Part shown: piece after piece, positions 26,974 through 42,400 of the stretch
Position numbering within the stretch: position 1 is the first letter of the stretch
Layout: each line of letters opens with the position of its first letter
From: Spironucleus salmonicida
Lineage: Eukaryota
Assembly (NCBI RefSeq): GCF_000497125.1
Contig: NC_090596.1
Location: 434,001 to 498,000, forward strand
Direction: 5' to 3'
DNA: 64,000 bases
Notes under the pieces: generated by a model
Database searches by the model: none
What the model saw: the letters and a program-made list of their open reading frames with translations, nothing else
What the model was told of the DNA's origin: nothing
Made by a program: the position numbers and the translations under genes

Positions 26974-29703
26974 TCAGTCTAATCCGCCAAATTAATTCAA
27001 AAATGCAAAATCTTCGTATTCTTAAGCTTAAAATTTCCATTAATTATCAACTTTTTCAACATATTCTGCTTCAATTCCTGTACACTAACACGCATACCCT
27101 AAAATTTAAAGATCGTTATTAATTTCTATCATTTAATCATCTACTTAATTACCACATAAAAAACGTGTTAAATTTCCTATTCTCATATCAGTTTTATCAC
27201 AAATACTATTGATCGCAAAAATTGTAAACTTAGAGTTTTATTTATCTTTAGGACATAATATATCATTCCTCTTTATAAAACTAAAACCGAATTTTGCTAC
27301 ATTAATTGCGAAATTTTCATAATTCAAATCAATGAGTTTAACTTTAAATAATGCTAATGCGGTCAGTATAGTTACTTTATTTAAGATTTTACACTGCTGA
27401 ATATCTGCTATATAAGTTTTTATAACCTATTTCATATCTAACTGTTAGCTATAAATAGTATAGTATAAACGAGAGATAAATGTTAACGAACCAAAATTGG
27501 TGTATTTTTGTATAGTTATGAAGAAGTCAGGCGCATGTAAAGTAATAAATTCGGAACGTTTTGATGGAGTATATCCATTAGTAGTATGCTGAATCTCATT
27601 GGAGTCCTCATAGGAAGCTTTTACAAGCGCATAATAGGCATTGAAGAACTTTAATGTTTCTTATTCAAAAGTTTCGTCAGAGATGTCGCTAGGAAGAACA
27701 ATTAACTAGGCCATAATTTGATTAAAGTCTTCATATTTAACCTAGAAACGAGTTTTCTTAATAATTGGCTCTACGAATTCTTATTTTTTATTATATCGTT
27801 TGTTGATTTTCTTCTTCTTCATATATTGCAATTCAAACTTAAGCTACTCTTCTGCTAATATTTCAGCATCCTTTAAAACTACTTATTCCTATGTTTATTC
27901 AGCGTTAAGAAGGAAATAAGTCTAGATCTCTTTGATTCTTCTATTAATATATTCTAATTAATGGGTTCTTTTCTAAACAAAATGATTTTTAATATTAACT
28001 ATTGCTGGTTCAAAAAAATTAGTGTTAATTTGCTAAATACCATTATAATCAATTAGACTAAAATATTAGATATTTATGAAAATAAGTTAGTACAATAGAT
28101 CGAGTTTATTATAATAGTTATCTTTCCCGTTAAAAGTGGCAAAGTCAAAAGATTTCTCTTTTTTCATCTTATTTAGGATTGAGCATATTACTTTACCTAA
28201 CTGAACACTTGATATGATTCTTACCTCAAATAATTTCGAAACAATAATACATTTATATGAAGCATTACTTCTAGACTTTTCTATACTGCCAAGCATTTAA
28301 TCAGAAAGTAACTAATTCTCGTCTATTGATCTAAATTTTTCAACAGAAATATTACTTTATTGATAATATACTTCAATATTATTAAAATATAGTATAATCA
28401 TTAAATGTGCAACATGTTATGGATTTGCTTCTCTCACAACTAATTAATTAACTAATAATGTAAAAACATAATCTATATCTTTTTATTAATTCTTTAACTA
28501 CTAGTGCGTGTAATCTACTAATGTTTCAATATCATCTAAAGAAGATGCTTAAATAAATAAATCGTAAAAATAATATTATAAGTCTGTTCTAGACTAAATA
28601 AATTCTAAATCTCTTCCAGCAGGAGAAACATTAGTTCGAATATGATGAAAAACATTATCTGGGATTTCAAAACTAAGTTCAGCCTTACTGGCATTTGATG
28701 ATTACAACTCATGATGGCATGAAAAATTAGCATCAACATTTAATTTAAGTACTGATAATGGATTCATACCAAAATACTTATTACCTAACGCAATCTCTTC
28801 ATTTGGACTTAAAATCATATGGAAATTAATAGCTTTATCATAATATGATTTTTCTAAAAAATCGTTGACAACAGGAAGGAATGAGCCGCCAAACTTAACT
28901 AAGTTTAGTAATGTATTTTTCTTAGTTGGATTTTTTTCCCGTTGTGCAAGTTATTATTATTTGTCAAAAACGGTTGATAACTATTTAAATGTATTAAAAA
29001 CATAATTGAATGTGGTTGAATAATCTTTCAAATGAGCAATTTAAGTATCGTTTATAGGATTAATACTAATTTTACCGTTGATTATATTAAAAAGTTTGTC
29101 CTCGTTAAGATTGCTTAAAAGACCTTATAGGTGTTGATTAAAAAGTAATATTATGATATCTCCTGAAGTTATAAAGAATTGAGTCAAATCAATAAATTAT
29201 AAGCTTTCAGAGGTTATCTCGTTCAAAGTTTCAATCTTTTTAGACACGTCATTTATATTTTTAACGAAATGTTAAAATGCCAATTTTAATAAATTAAGTT
29301 TTGAATCGATCCCAACTTCAGATAAGCCTATAATAAATTTAAAAAGTTATAGACGAGTAGTTAAATTTAATTAAGAACATTCTTAAATTGATATTGACAT
29401 TTTATCAATTGTATCTTTTGTTGCTTTGATTAAATGTTTATGGAATTTATCTTAGCAAAAGCAACAACTTTTTAATAACTCAAGTGTCTCATCTAAGTCA
29501 TTATAATTTAATACTAAAACAGCTTAAATGATATCATCTCCAAATGAACCAATTTTTTATTTTTAAAAACTTTGAATTGGAAGACCTGATTTAATGTTTT
29601 TGACAATAGTTAATAACTATTTCTTGTTCTATTCAGGTAGAGTTCTGCAGTCATCTTCGTCAAAATCCTCTAAGTCTTCAATAAATTATTATCTAAGATT
29701 CAT
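26974..29703 (-). CDS. Hypothetical 909-aa helical protein, possibly a highly divergent cullin
   Basis: Frame checked as open over most of its length; C-terminal GIEAEYVEKVDNQWKF resembles the cullin LIEKEY..R end. Confidence 0.6.
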
Positions 29704-29779
29704 ACAAGAAGTGAAAAGGAAAGAATATTTATATTCTTATATATTAAAATAATCAACCTCTAGTATTCCATTTCACAAG

Positions 29780-30478
29780 ATGTCGTCTATGATTTAAACG
29801 CTTTGGCCCACTGAAGAAATACGTACTGCGTTTGCTTTATTTATATCTGTAAAATTAGGTATTATATTGCTATAATCACTATATAATAAAAATAAAGTTA
29901 AACATTTGTAAGTGAATCATGATCGCTTAGCTAAGGCAAAATTGTAGATGGAAAATTCAACTAATGATAAAGAGGTATCTATATTAAGAGCATATATTAG
30001 GCTTCAGGAAGAGAAGATTGTATGCAATGGTCATTCTTTATAAGAAATATAAAACAATCCTGCCTTAGGTTAAAAACAAATGGACCCTTTTAATATGATT
30101 GTTGGCTTTGGGTCTATGCAGCTTATGAAAGTCGTTATGAAAGATCGCTCAGACGTCATATTAGTTTTGCCATTTAAAGTTAGCTCACCTGTTGATTAGC
30201 TTATTCATATTGGGATGAAGGGAACTTATGAGAACAACGAGGTCGGTCGCATGTTTTTAAACTTTACTTTAGGTTTTGTTATTAACAAAATTATCAAGAA
30301 AATATTGTTTGGCCATCAAGTTAAAATACCTATTTCTAGAACAATGGAGATATAATAGTTGAAAACACAGGCTCCATAGGCTATTGAGCTTATCAAGTTG
30401 GGTGATTTTAATCACTTTGTAGAAGTATATCCAGACATTAATGAAGCTACATAGCCTAATTATGAAGATACTATGTGA
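29780..30478 (+). CDS. TMCO1/EMC3 (Oxa1 superfamily, DUF106)-like ER membrane protein
   Basis: TM - coiled coil - TM - ILVLPFK...LIHIGMKG - TM (FLNFTLGFVINKIIKKILFG). Confidence 0.7.
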
Positions 30479-30502
30479 TCACTTTTATTACTATTATAAA
30501 TT

Positions 30503-30997
30503 ATGAATATTATCTTATAGTTCACTGTATATTACTTTATATAGATAGTTGTGAATCTTATTCAAACTAAAACCCTTCATCTTTTACACTTTTTAACATC
30601 AGCCGTAAACCTTGCATATCTCGTGATATTTTACTCAATTTTTTTGCTATTAAAAGACCAGGTTCTGAAGACAACTATTAGCGAAAAACATCTTGAAATG
30701 AACATTTTTACTAAGTTGGGAACTCAGAGAAAATAATTTCGTTTAAAGAAAATTCGCCCAGCGGAAAAGTCTGCAGACAATAAATTCTAGCTTAAAGGAT
30801 TGTCTTTTCAAGAGTTATTTCATGGTGGTCAGTATATTGCGTTAAAAACTAAGGATGTTCTAATAATTAAACTTCATAAATAACAGGAAGTTTAGTAGTT
30901 AACTGTTAAATTATATCAAACGTTTCTATATGAATTTGGTAAACACCATTATTCTAAAATTTTAATGTATATACGAACGGAGAATGATTCAAAGTGA
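30503..30997 (+). CDS. Membrane protein (164 aa), possibly PIG-H-like
   Basis: N-terminal hydrophobic segments then a soluble domain; ends AAG-TGA; family guess is weak. Confidence 0.55.
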
Positions 30998-31072
30998 TAT
31001 TGTAAATTTTAACATATTTATTAACACTCACTGTTTCAACGTTCATTTTTTAATATACATTATAATATAAAT

Positions 31073-32695
31073 TCATATTACTTCATCTAATTACTGCTAA
31101 ATATAACTACTAGGCCGAACACCAAAGAATTAAATAGGTTGAATTCTCTCAAAATTCTGCTCAACTTCTATTTACTAGGGTTTACCAACTTCAAGTTTTT
31201 AGTATTTTCTAGCGATTTGCATAACTGAATCTACCAAATCTGTATTTTAATCGTTCATAAAACTTTTGTAAATGCTATCATTTTATACTTCCAAAGAGCT
31301 TAATTGTAAACTTGGTGGTGGAACAGATTTTTTAATTAGCAGTTCTGGGGTGCGCTGTGCAAAAACGATAGACTTCTCGCTGAATTTTAGATGTTTTTAT
31401 TCTTAGGGTTACCCTGGCACTAAATTAAATATGATACTTGGTGAGGATGCTCGATTGGTAACTTAGACTTCGCACTAAGAACCAATATTAGCAACAAAAA
31501 TATCATCAGTTTATCCTCCAATATTTTTCAAAATTTCGATTTGTTCATCTGTCTAAATACTTTAGTCTTTACTAGCCATCTTAGGTCGATACACCTAATT
31601 TATTTCTTTAATTTTTTTCTATATTTTCATCAATTTTAAGTTTAAAAATTCAATAGATTCATCAATTTCCTATGTGAAATCTGATTGATCCTTGCCAAAT
31701 AAATTAAGTTCTAATTTACATTCGCTTAAAGCGTTTATTAAATTCTAATTTAATTAATATGCAGAGATCTGTTCCCCTTTTAACTCTTTAATTTCCTCAT
31801 CTTGTTCATTAATTACCTATGTTAAATTAGAGACTTCCGTCTCTTTAATTTAAAGTTTTTATTAAAGCAAAATAATTTGCTTATGCAACTCTGAATCGTC
31901 TTTTTAATATTAAGTTTATGATTTCTATAGCATATTTTTGTCATAAATTGCTTAAAACAGCGATCGTTTAATAAGTCCAAAATTATGGATTTATTATGGA
32001 TTTGGGAAACCAACCGAAAATTTCGAGTTAAGTTGTTCTTCATAAATTTTAATTAAATCCTCATATGCTTTATGTGAGGATTCATTGCTAAGTGGACGGT
32101 TACTTAAATTTTGAGCTTACATTATAGTATTTGATGATCTTTTTTTTGAGGATAAAATAACTTCTTATGTATTCTGAGGAGATGCAATGAGAGCAGTCTA
32201 CTTAAAATCAGGTTTATGTTCGTAACCATGTGGTTGTATTTTTACCTAATTTTATATAGTAGAGATAATAAAAGGATTACCCTTAACTTCTATTACTTAG
32301 GCAGCACTGTCATACACTGATTGGATATCTTCTTTATCATTAATAAGGTTATTTTCTAAATCAATAACTTCTATTGAGCTAGGAAACTAACTTGTTACTT
32401 ATTTAATCTGATTATTTTTAGCTGCAAAAACACGTAGCTTGGGAAATGGAAGTAGGCAGACAATATTGGTTAAATTATTAAATGATACATCTATTAATTA
32501 TAGTTATAAAATTGGTGTTAGGTTATTAAGCTGAATAAGTTTGTTGTTGTTGAGTAAAAGATTAGTTATCATAAGTTTTCGAGATGATAATGGAGATAGA
32601 TTATTAAGAAGTGTAATATTTAAATTTGAAAAATCAATTGTGTGTGTTTCATCAGCATTATGTATTTATTCTAAGACTAGATTTTGAGATAACAT
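31073..32695 (-). CDS. Leucine-rich-repeat + coiled-coil protein (540 aa)
   Basis: IDFSNLNI, LLLNNNKL, IDVSFNNL, IDLENNLI and a VKGNP LRR cap. Confidence 0.85.
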
Positions 32696-32769
32696 TTTTA
32701 TATTAATTATCTAATTATATAAAATATATAATAATAATAAAATATTTTAATTAAAAAATTATTAATACT

Positions 32770-33327
32770 TCATTGTTGGCTAGTTTAAATTAAATCGTCG
32801 CTGGATATCAATAGACGTTTGTTATTAGTTATTTCAATGGTTTCTATTTATTCTAAAATAATGATAAAGTCATAATAATCTTTTTCTTATATCTAGGAAA
32901 TATTATCGATATAACATGCTTCAATACTAAGTTAAATTCGATTAATATCTTTCTAACATGCTACATCAACGAGCATCTTTAGATTCGAATAATTATTAGA
33001 TAAACTATCTTATAGTTCCTTACATAACTCACTAATCTTAAGAAGCTCTATGACCAGAGCATTTTTAGTTTAGTTTGTAGAAGGTTTCTTGAGATATGCG
33101 TTATAGATTTGGTTTCTTGAAAATATTATTTATTTACTATACTAATTAAATTGAAATGTCTAGTTTTTAATAATCTGCTTTATTTCTGATAGATTTATAT
33201 GAGGAGACACGGTTGAAAGTAATAGTAATAACTCTTATTATGATTATATGAGTTTAAGCCTTAGTTAAGACATCAGTGTATAGTTAGATTCTATTTTGTA
33301 TAATTCCTCGCGAATGGAGACTTACAT
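32770..33327 (-). CDS. Hypothetical protein (185 aa)
   Basis: Read in full: MQVSIREELYKIES...DLIQTSQQ*; pyrimidine-rich element upstream. Confidence 0.55.
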
Positions 33328-33632
33328 TTACTAGGTTCGTAGAATCGATACAATACTTATATAGTGAAGAGGAAATTTTGAGTAGTGAAATAAAGTTAAA
33401 CATTGATTATATTTGGTAGGTATAGAATTATGATATATATTCTTAAAATAAGTTATCCAAAATTCTGCTATATATACGTCACCAATACAAAATAATGAAA
33501 ATATCACTGATATTTTTATAAAATATAAGCTAGAATAATATTATTCGTTAGAAGAAAGTTGTAGGAAATATTAAGTATGATAATAATATAATAATATATT
33601 ATATTTAATATAAATTTATTTATTTTGCTAAA

Positions 33633-34172
33633 ATGACTGAAATACACCCTAAGGTAAAAGTCGAAAGCGATAACACTTTTGCTTAACATGAAACTGCTAT
33701 TAAATAGTAAATTGCATAAATAGCAAAAGATGCAGAATTATTGAAATCTCAGTAGCATCCATAATTAAAAGATTTGCTTGAAATACTAGATGTAGCACGA
33801 TTAAAGCATTATGCAAATATTGATGTCAGATATTAACTCTCTATTGAGCATGCATAGTAAGCGTTAGAATTTACTAAAAATTAAATTGAATTAGATTACG
33901 CATAAGGAAGAGAGGATATTAAGGAGAAGCTTTTTAGTGATCTGAGAAAGAAGAAAAAGGATACAAAAGATGTTATTGATAGAATGTAGTCTAAATGTGG
34001 TGTAAGTTCGAACGAAATGAACTTATTTAATGATTTGAAGATTCCTAATAAGAAAAAGGAAAGAAAATCATTTAGAGGATCATATAATTTTAAGTTACCA
34101 GAGGCAGAAGCCAAATAAGATTTATAAATTATAAGAGCGCTTGCAGAAGAGTTAGATTAAGGCAAGAAGTGA
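33633..34172 (+). CDS. Sds3/BRMS1-like Sin3-HDAC complex subunit
   Basis: ..QHPQLKDLLEILDVAR.. coiled coil and ..LPEAEAKQDLQII.. match the Sds3-like layout. Confidence 0.65.
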
Positions 34173-34184
34173 AATAAGCAAGTA

Positions 34185-34655
34185 TCATTTCTTCATACCG
34201 GAAAAACATGAGGTTATGCAATTCTTACAGCATTTCTAAAAGCCTGGAATGAGACTTAAACTGTACCAAATAAGGGCACAAAAGCATATTATAAATGGAA
34301 TTAGGTTAGCCCACATACTTTTAACAAAGATTTCCAAAATTATAACTAATACATAACAAATAAGGATGACGATCATTGAGATCATATTATCTATAATTTT
34401 CATTCTCTCTAATTGCTTCTTAAAAGTGGAAACAAACATTGAACATGACCATGCTAATGGTACACCAGTTGCCCATAATATATAAAATGCTATCGGATTT
34501 GAAGAGGAATATTTAATTGATATCGAGCAAAACATAAATCCGAGAATGAGAAAACCAACAAAGCATAAATATCTAGCCCAGCCAGGCATACATTTACATA
34601 TTGATTCATTAGGAATCTTATCTAATAACCCAACACCCATCTCAGCATCAATCAT
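34185..34655 (-). CDS. SFT2: Got1/Sft2-like vesicle transport protein
   Basis: Four TMs, FKKQLERM, LIWYSLSLIPGF; extends through TAG to TGA at 34185. Confidence 0.85.
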
Positions 34656-34955
34656 TTTCAAAATTAATATCTATTTTAATATAAAAATAATTAATTACGA
34701 GTGATTTATTTTTACGGCATTAGTAGTACTAATATTATATATTTATACAATTATAATTTTGTTAAATCAGTACTCTTTGTAAAATATGTAAATTATCATT
34801 CAACTACATTATTAAGATGTAAATAATAGTATATAGGACGCATAAATAGATGAGTATATAAATAATAAAAAAATTGAAAATGTACATCAGTAACCCACTT
34901 TTATAGTAATAACTATTATATATGATAACTTTTTATATAATCTATTTATATTTTA

Positions 34956-36560
34956 ATGAAGCTCGATGAAATTTAACGCAGGAAATCTTTACACTAAGAT
35001 ACTGTAAATAACATTATATTACATAAGTCTGCTAAAAATACATAGATTGTTTCTTTTAAATCACTACTTACAGATGACGGTTATGAACCTGAAGATTGTT
35101 AAGAGAAAAAATAAAAATTATTAGTTTGGTACTCAGGACCGACTACACGCGTGGTGCGTCGTACGTTTGCAGATGCCGGATTTATTTCCGCACCAAAGGA
35201 ATCTAGCGACTGGCACGTATGTTGGGGATCCCCAAAAGGAGTCTAATTTTATTCTACACTAGCACCAGGATAATACTGTAATTAAATTCCAGGATCAAAT
35301 TCAATGGGTCGAAAGGATACATTAGCTACGTATATTCATGCATCAAAAATAAGATTTCCAGATTAGTATGACATTATACCAAAAACTTTCGTTTTACCAT
35401 AACAAGCAGAAGAGATGCATGAATTCTTTATTTAGAATCCTAAATAATTTTTTATTTACAAACCGGCAATGGGAGCTCGAGGTAATGGAATTGAGTTGAC
35501 TACAGGTGAAAGATCGGTTTCAGATAAAGAAACTGCAGCGGTAGTATAAGAATATCTTCGGAATCCATTAATTTTGAAAGGTTACAAATTTGATTTCCGA
35601 GTTTATGCTTGTGTAACCTCAATTGATCCTCTAATAGTTTACGTTTATGAAAATGGTATCGGCAGATTTGCCACTAGCAAATATCAAGATGCAACTGAGG
35701 AGAATCTTAACTAAACTACAATGCATTTAACAAATTTTTCTGTTAATTCAAAGAGCGATAAATTCGTTAACAAACCCATTACTAATCAAGAAGATTCCGA
35801 CATTATTGATTTGGATATGAATTTTCCTTCAAAATGGATGCTTCCAGATTTGCTTGATTTCATTCAAAATAACAAGGATTTGCTCCCAAAAAAATTTGAA
35901 AATGCAGACGTGAAAACAATAATTCTTAATCAAATCTACGAAATTGTGCAAAAAACATTCATTTCTTGCGAATCTAGATTATATTCTTTTGCACATTAAG
36001 CTGGAACGGCAAATTCGTACCCTAGAAGAAATTTCGGGATGTATGGTTTTGATATGATTTTAGATGATGATTTGCATATGTTGTTGATTGAAGTGAACTC
36101 ATCTCCTGCTACAGGAACATCAACCGAATTGGATGTTTTGCTCAAATTTCCACTTCTATCTGACCTTTTACACTTGATAGGAATGGAAATCGGGTAGGAT
36201 TAAAATGGAAAAATTATTGTTCCAACACTATTTTATAATGAAGGAAAAAAGTAAAAATACTATGAATCTGAGACTAAAACTGTATAAAGCGAATTTCAAC
36301 TAAAAGAATCAGAGCGAAAATTGAGTTTTGATAGTATTCAAGATATATAAAACATCGATTGGAGTAATTTGACTGATTTGGAGAGGAATTGCTTATTGCA
36401 AATAGCTGACGAACATACAAGAACTGGCGAATGGACGATGGTGTTACCAAGCGCAGCTGATGATTATTTGCAATTATTTGAAAATTAGCGTTATTTAAAT
36501 GTTTTGTGCTAAAAGTTTTTAAAAGACGACATAGAAACGATCTAGATTTGGAAACCGTGA
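34956..36560 (+). CDS. Tubulin-tyrosine-ligase-like polyglutamylase (TTLL4/5-like)
   Basis: NQIPGSNSMGRKD, YKPAMGARGNGI, QEYL.NP, KFDFRVY, HLTNFSVN, GFDMILD, IEVNSSP. Confidence 0.93.
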
Positions 36561-36616
36561 CCTTATCCATACTATTGTATAATAATTATAAAATATTTAT
36601 TCACTCCTCTAAAATC

Positions 36617-39439
36617 ATGTTCAAAATTGATATTGATGGGAGCGTCAAATTCTCACCAAATAATGAAACATTTATTGTTGCAGAACACGGGACTATGAAT
36701 GAGGATTTTGTAGTAACGTCAAGTGTAGAGTTATTCAAAATAGAATTAGAGTAAATATCTAAAGTCAAGTTAATTAGTATTCCTGGTTCACTAAAGTTTA
36801 TAGACTGGTCTGATAATGATTCTGTAGCACTTGCTGCAGAGAATGGCTAAATATTTTTTACAGATTCTACCTTATCTACTTAGCATTAAGTTGAAGTTTG
36901 TGATGGTGAAATTACAGCAATTTCATATTCCTAACCCCATCCTCAAACGCTACTTGGTATTGGTACCTAGAAGGGAGAAGTTCTATTTTTCGAAGGTGAC
37001 AAATTACTATATTCAACTAAGAATAAATCTGGTGAAAATCCACACAGATCCGAAATTACGTCAATTTCCTGGAATACAAGAGTACCTCGTGTTTGTGTTT
37101 CCAGTGATTAAGGTGGAAATATAATCGTTTGGGATTAGAAGAAAAAGGGAGCAATAGGCAATTTCTAAACAAACCAGAATATTATTTGGGCTGGGTTTAG
37201 TACCGTAGTAGCCACATGTGTTGTATGCGTATCAGTTTAGCGTTAGATTATTTTATGGGATATGAGAGTTAAAGGTGATGCTAATTGTGTTTATTAAATT
37301 TAATGTTAAAAATAAATTATTAAAGTAGATTTTTTAGAGGGTTATGAAGATAATTTATCGATTAAATATGTTGATGGATCATAAGCTGTGTTTAAAATTA
37401 CAAATGGTGAGAAAATAGAGTTATTAGGAGAGTTGTAGTCTGGTGCTACAGAAATGTCTCTTTTTTATCCCAATATAGGTGCACTTATTAAGCCTTAAGA
37501 AATAGTTATTAAATTTATTTTCTAACATGCTAAAGATTTGAAGCCAGTTGTGTATAACCCTTTTATTTTAACTGAATTGCCTGAGGATGAACCTGAAACG
37601 TATGATTTTAATTAATATAGCATTACAGAAGAATAAGGTAATCAGGTGATATATATTAGAGGTTGCCCTAATTTAAAATAATTTAAATATATTAAAGATA
37701 TGTAAGAAATTGTAACACTTGTTTAAGACTGTATAGATTCAAATATAGATTTACCAGATTTATCTTAATATTTTATTAACCATTTATCTAAAAACTAGGA
37801 GGAATTACTAGATCTTTACAAATTACCAGTTCCTAAAACAGAAAGAATAGATATTAAGCAAGTAGCAAAAGTGAAAAATGCAAAATCAGACCTAGATTTT
37901 TTTAACGAAGATGAAGCTAATAATTCATCAACACCAATTAATGATTTAGATGAACATAAATATTGTTAATAAGTTTTAGACTTCTTATATAATGGTGATA
38001 TTCGTTCTGCAATTAATTATTTAGCAAACAATAACGAATTATCAACTGCATTTTATCTTGCCCTCTCCTGTAAGATTGATACTTAGGAAATTTAGAATAT
38101 TTTTAGAGAGTAAAATTGCTAGTGGAATAAAGTTTTTAACATTGTCGATATAGTTAAAACTCCAAATAGCTTGGATGTCAATTAGTTTGACACTTAAAAC
38201 TGGTAATAGTATGTAGTTTTAATTGAATAATACGATAATAAGAAACTGTAATCTTTCATCTAGAGAGTTCTTAATGAAAACACTTTATTAACACAATAGT
38301 AATCAATTGACTTGAATATTATAATTAACAACAGATAAACTGCTTATAATCTAATTCAAAACTAACAAGAGTTGAATTTCACATAATCTTTATAATTTGA
38401 TATCATATCACAGTAGAATGGAATAATCGTTGATAGTTCTAAATATTTATAAATTATAGACTTATTGTTGTAATAGAACGAGGCAGGGCTGGCAAGTATA
38501 CTTAAGACTAAACTAAATATTTAAGGCTAAGAATAGGTTAATATTTCTAAACCAGTTTAATAGCAGCGTGATAAACAAATTTAACCTACATTTGCACCAT
38601 CACTTTAATTTATTTAGCCATAATATGGAGAATAACAAAAAATACAACAATCTTCTTAACTTTAATTCCCTTAGCTTTCTAATTCTGTACAACGCATACC
38701 ACCGCCTATACTTCCTCAACAAACTGCATCTTCTTCATTCCCACAATCTTTGTTGCCACCGCCAGCTTAAAATTTTAATCCACCGTAGTAGTAAAATAAT
38801 ATTATTTTTGCAACAGACTTACTATAATAAGATACATTTTAACCTCAAGTATCGACCTTTTAACCATAGTAGACGATAGCACCAACATAAACTTAACTAA
38901 TGCCTCCATAAGTATTCAATCCTTAATAATCTAGTTATTAGTAGCCGACTGGTACTGGCCCATCTTTAAATGCACCTCCACCACCATCAATTACTGGAAT
39001 GCAAAGTGGTTAAATGCTATCAATTCCTACTACTACAGCGCCTAAATATGAATAAAAGTAAACTGCTATATAGTCTATTGACCTTGCTTTTACACCTCAA
39101 ACAAATTTTGATAATATTAATACCAACGGATCTGATTTAGCAGCTAAAATTGTTAGACTATCTCTGTAATTTTAGTAAAAGGAACCACTTTCTTTCAATA
39201 AACATTGGACTAAACTTGCTGACTGTGCAATTTGGGTGAGCGATAACGAACTAAAGCCGTTGCTGAGCGACCTAGCTGTAGGAGTTTTAGGGGCTTATTT
39301 CGATCTACTAGAGCAAGGTAAGGGTGGAGATGCTTAGAAAGTAATTTAGAGCATGCTTAGAGACCATTCGAGAGATTACGAGGAGTCAATTAGTAGGTGG
39401 GCAGGAGCTTTCAGGTTCATGAGTAATGCGTTCAAGTGA
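36617..39439 (+). CDS. SEC31: COPII coat protein Sec31
   Basis: N-terminal GTMNEDFVVTSSVELF, WD40 repeats (ISWNTRVPRV, IVWDQKKK), alpha-solenoid, P/Q-rich region, helical C-terminus. Confidence 0.85.
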
Positions 39440-39473
39440 TGGAATATTTAGAGTTATTATACAAAATACTCAT

Positions 39474-42400
39474 TCAGATATCGCCCATAACTTAATTAAG
39501 GGCACTAACAGTTCCGCTTACAACTGCTAGACATGCATCAGGGGCTTTCTCACCTAAGCTAGAAATTGCCAACTGTATTATTTTCTAGAAACCATCAACG
39601 GCACTAGCAATATCGTACACTAGAATATCCGCTTTCACTATTTCTACAGCGGACTTAAGCTTTTATAGTTAAACATTCGACATATAACGTTAAATTTTAA
39701 ACAGCGATGCCTATATTTTCGAGAAAACTAAAGCACAAGATTTATTCATACGTAGAATATCGTTAGACACTATCTATTCTAAGTTAAATGGTGTGATTTA
39801 AGCAAATCTCGACAGTTAAAATTATGTAAACAAATGAATAAATGACTCAACGGTGAAAACTTCTTTCTTTCTAAAAGCAAAGAATACTTCTGATATAGTA
39901 AAATTCTTAAGTTTGATATCAGAAACAGATAAAAATTCTCTAAATTATGCTTCTTTTAATTAAGTGCCAAAATTTCTAAAGATTTAGATTAATGCTTAAA
40001 ATGAGGATTTTCTAAACGAACCATATGCAAAAAGTAACAATGAAGAAAATAATGCAAAATCAACATATTTGTCGTTGTTTTAGATATAAGATATTGCAAT
40101 CAGAGATGAATAAAAAGATTATGATCGTTATACAGAGAAAGATGGAACTAATAAAGATATGACCTTCGGGACTTGATCGATCAATACAGGATCCTATGAT
40201 AAATTATTAACTAAATCAAAGTAAATTTCTTAATAGTCATCTTGTAAGTCATCAAAAAATAATCTAGCAAAAATATATATTTTTTGATTATGATATTAAT
40301 AATAGCATAAATTTGCGATCATATTCCATACCAATGATAATGCAAGTGATTTAACACCGTATTTTTATAATGCCCAATGTAATGTATATAATCCAATTGA
40401 CATGGCTTATTTCGATTATATTTATCCTGGAACGACTTCAAAATTACCTTCTTAAACATTAACTACATCACTTTATTGCGCAATTTATGAAATCTGAGAT
40501 ATCGAAGTATTAAGTCTATCTTTAATTATCTAATCAACTAATTTATTAATCCATAATTCTGTTTTAAGTTGAACTTATGACATTGGAATCACAATAAACT
40601 GTTAATCTTTCAGATTAATAAATTAGATCTTTTATAAGTCCTATAATGCCAAAAATAATTTAGGAGTTATAGATAGTACGGAACACGCTGACAGTCTAAC
40701 AAAGCCTACAGACTATCCTATTTTTGGTAAAAGACTCTATACTTATCGTAATTTATCTTCCTCGTCTAAGTAACATTATTATTTTGAATTATGAATATTT
40801 ATTTCATTAATGAATAATTGTTTAGTACAATCTTAAAGCTAAGCGTTGATAAGTTCTGATTACTCAATATAAGAAATAATACAAGGAGCAAATAAACTCG
40901 TTTTTACTTCCTATTCTAATGGTAAATACTTATAGTATAGTCTATCTATTGGGTGCTATAACACAAATTATTCAATAAATGGTTGAGCTAACATATCATT
41001 GAAACTTGGGGAGCCAAAAGCACCATGATAAGGATGTAATTTCAAGAATGCTTATGTTATTTATTTTTTAGATACTTTCCTTATCTACATCCCATCTAAT
41101 AAGTTCTAATCATCTATACTAACCTAGATAGAATCATTGTAGGATATTTTACTAATTGTCTCTTGTTTGAGGGCTTTGCTAGATTTTTTAGATACTTATG
41201 CAACTTTTTGTGATAATTGTTAATTAAAATTATCCAAAAATTTTTACTAAACAATTTCATTTGCTATAGCTTGATTTTTATTTTATTATACTTTTTGTTA
41301 ATCTAAAGGCACACACTATTCTATTATTTATTATCTTATATTCACATTTCCAAGTTAATTGTTAACATATAGTGTTTAACTATCTAAATTACTTTCAGAT
41401 ATTTACACTTATTATTCTAATGAATCTTTAAGAAGTTACTTCATATCCTTAAAAATAATCATATCAGTAACTGAATCATTTACATTTACGTCTGTTTATG
41501 TAAATTAATCAATTAAATCCGTTTCTAACACTGTACTTTTATGCCCTAATGATGAGTCTACATGTAAGCTTGATGGTTGATTAATAAATTCTACAATTTT
41601 AACATTTTCTCTACTAGACTTTCGTTACTCGGATTCTTATATCGCTATTTTTTAATTATTAGCTGCTAGTAAATCTAATGACGATTTTTTGTTCTACCAA
41701 TATTTTTCACAATCTATCTACTAAATAATTCCTTAAGAATCCTTAAAAAATTAATTATTTTTTAATAAATATGATTTTAACAGTTCAACATTCGATTAAT
41801 CTAGTTATGAGATTATATCTAATTCATCTAAAAATTTTTATTAAAGCTCTTCTGCGGACATTTATTTACGTTCTTAGCTAGCTTTCTATAAATATGAGTC
41901 ATATTACTTTTAGTAAACCTAAAAATCTTTATCATTCATTTTGGATTTTTTCTTTATATGCGTGGGGAATGCATATGAGTCATTATGATAATTAATCATC
42001 TGTTAATGACTTTCTGAATTTTCTTAAATAGTTGATGTAATACGAGACTTTGTAACCCTAGATGAAGTCCTAACTATCTTTTTCATAGGCTGATTTTCTA
42101 CTACATTGTCTATATGTACTTATGCATTTACTGAAACCATGGATATCCTAAACTCATCGGTATTGTGTCTTACAAGAGGAGAGTCTTATCTATCCTTATT
42201 AACATCCTCCAATGATTCCTCCAAGGTGGTTATAATTTTTGAATCATTAAAAGTTTGGCTCAGATTTTCAGTCGTCACACCAACATTCGTAGAATCTTCC
42301 ATATTAGCTTAATTGGTAGTAGTGATATTATTATGAATGGAATGGTTTGCATTTTCTATCTGCTAAGCATTTTAACTTGATTCAAAATGATTTACTTCTG

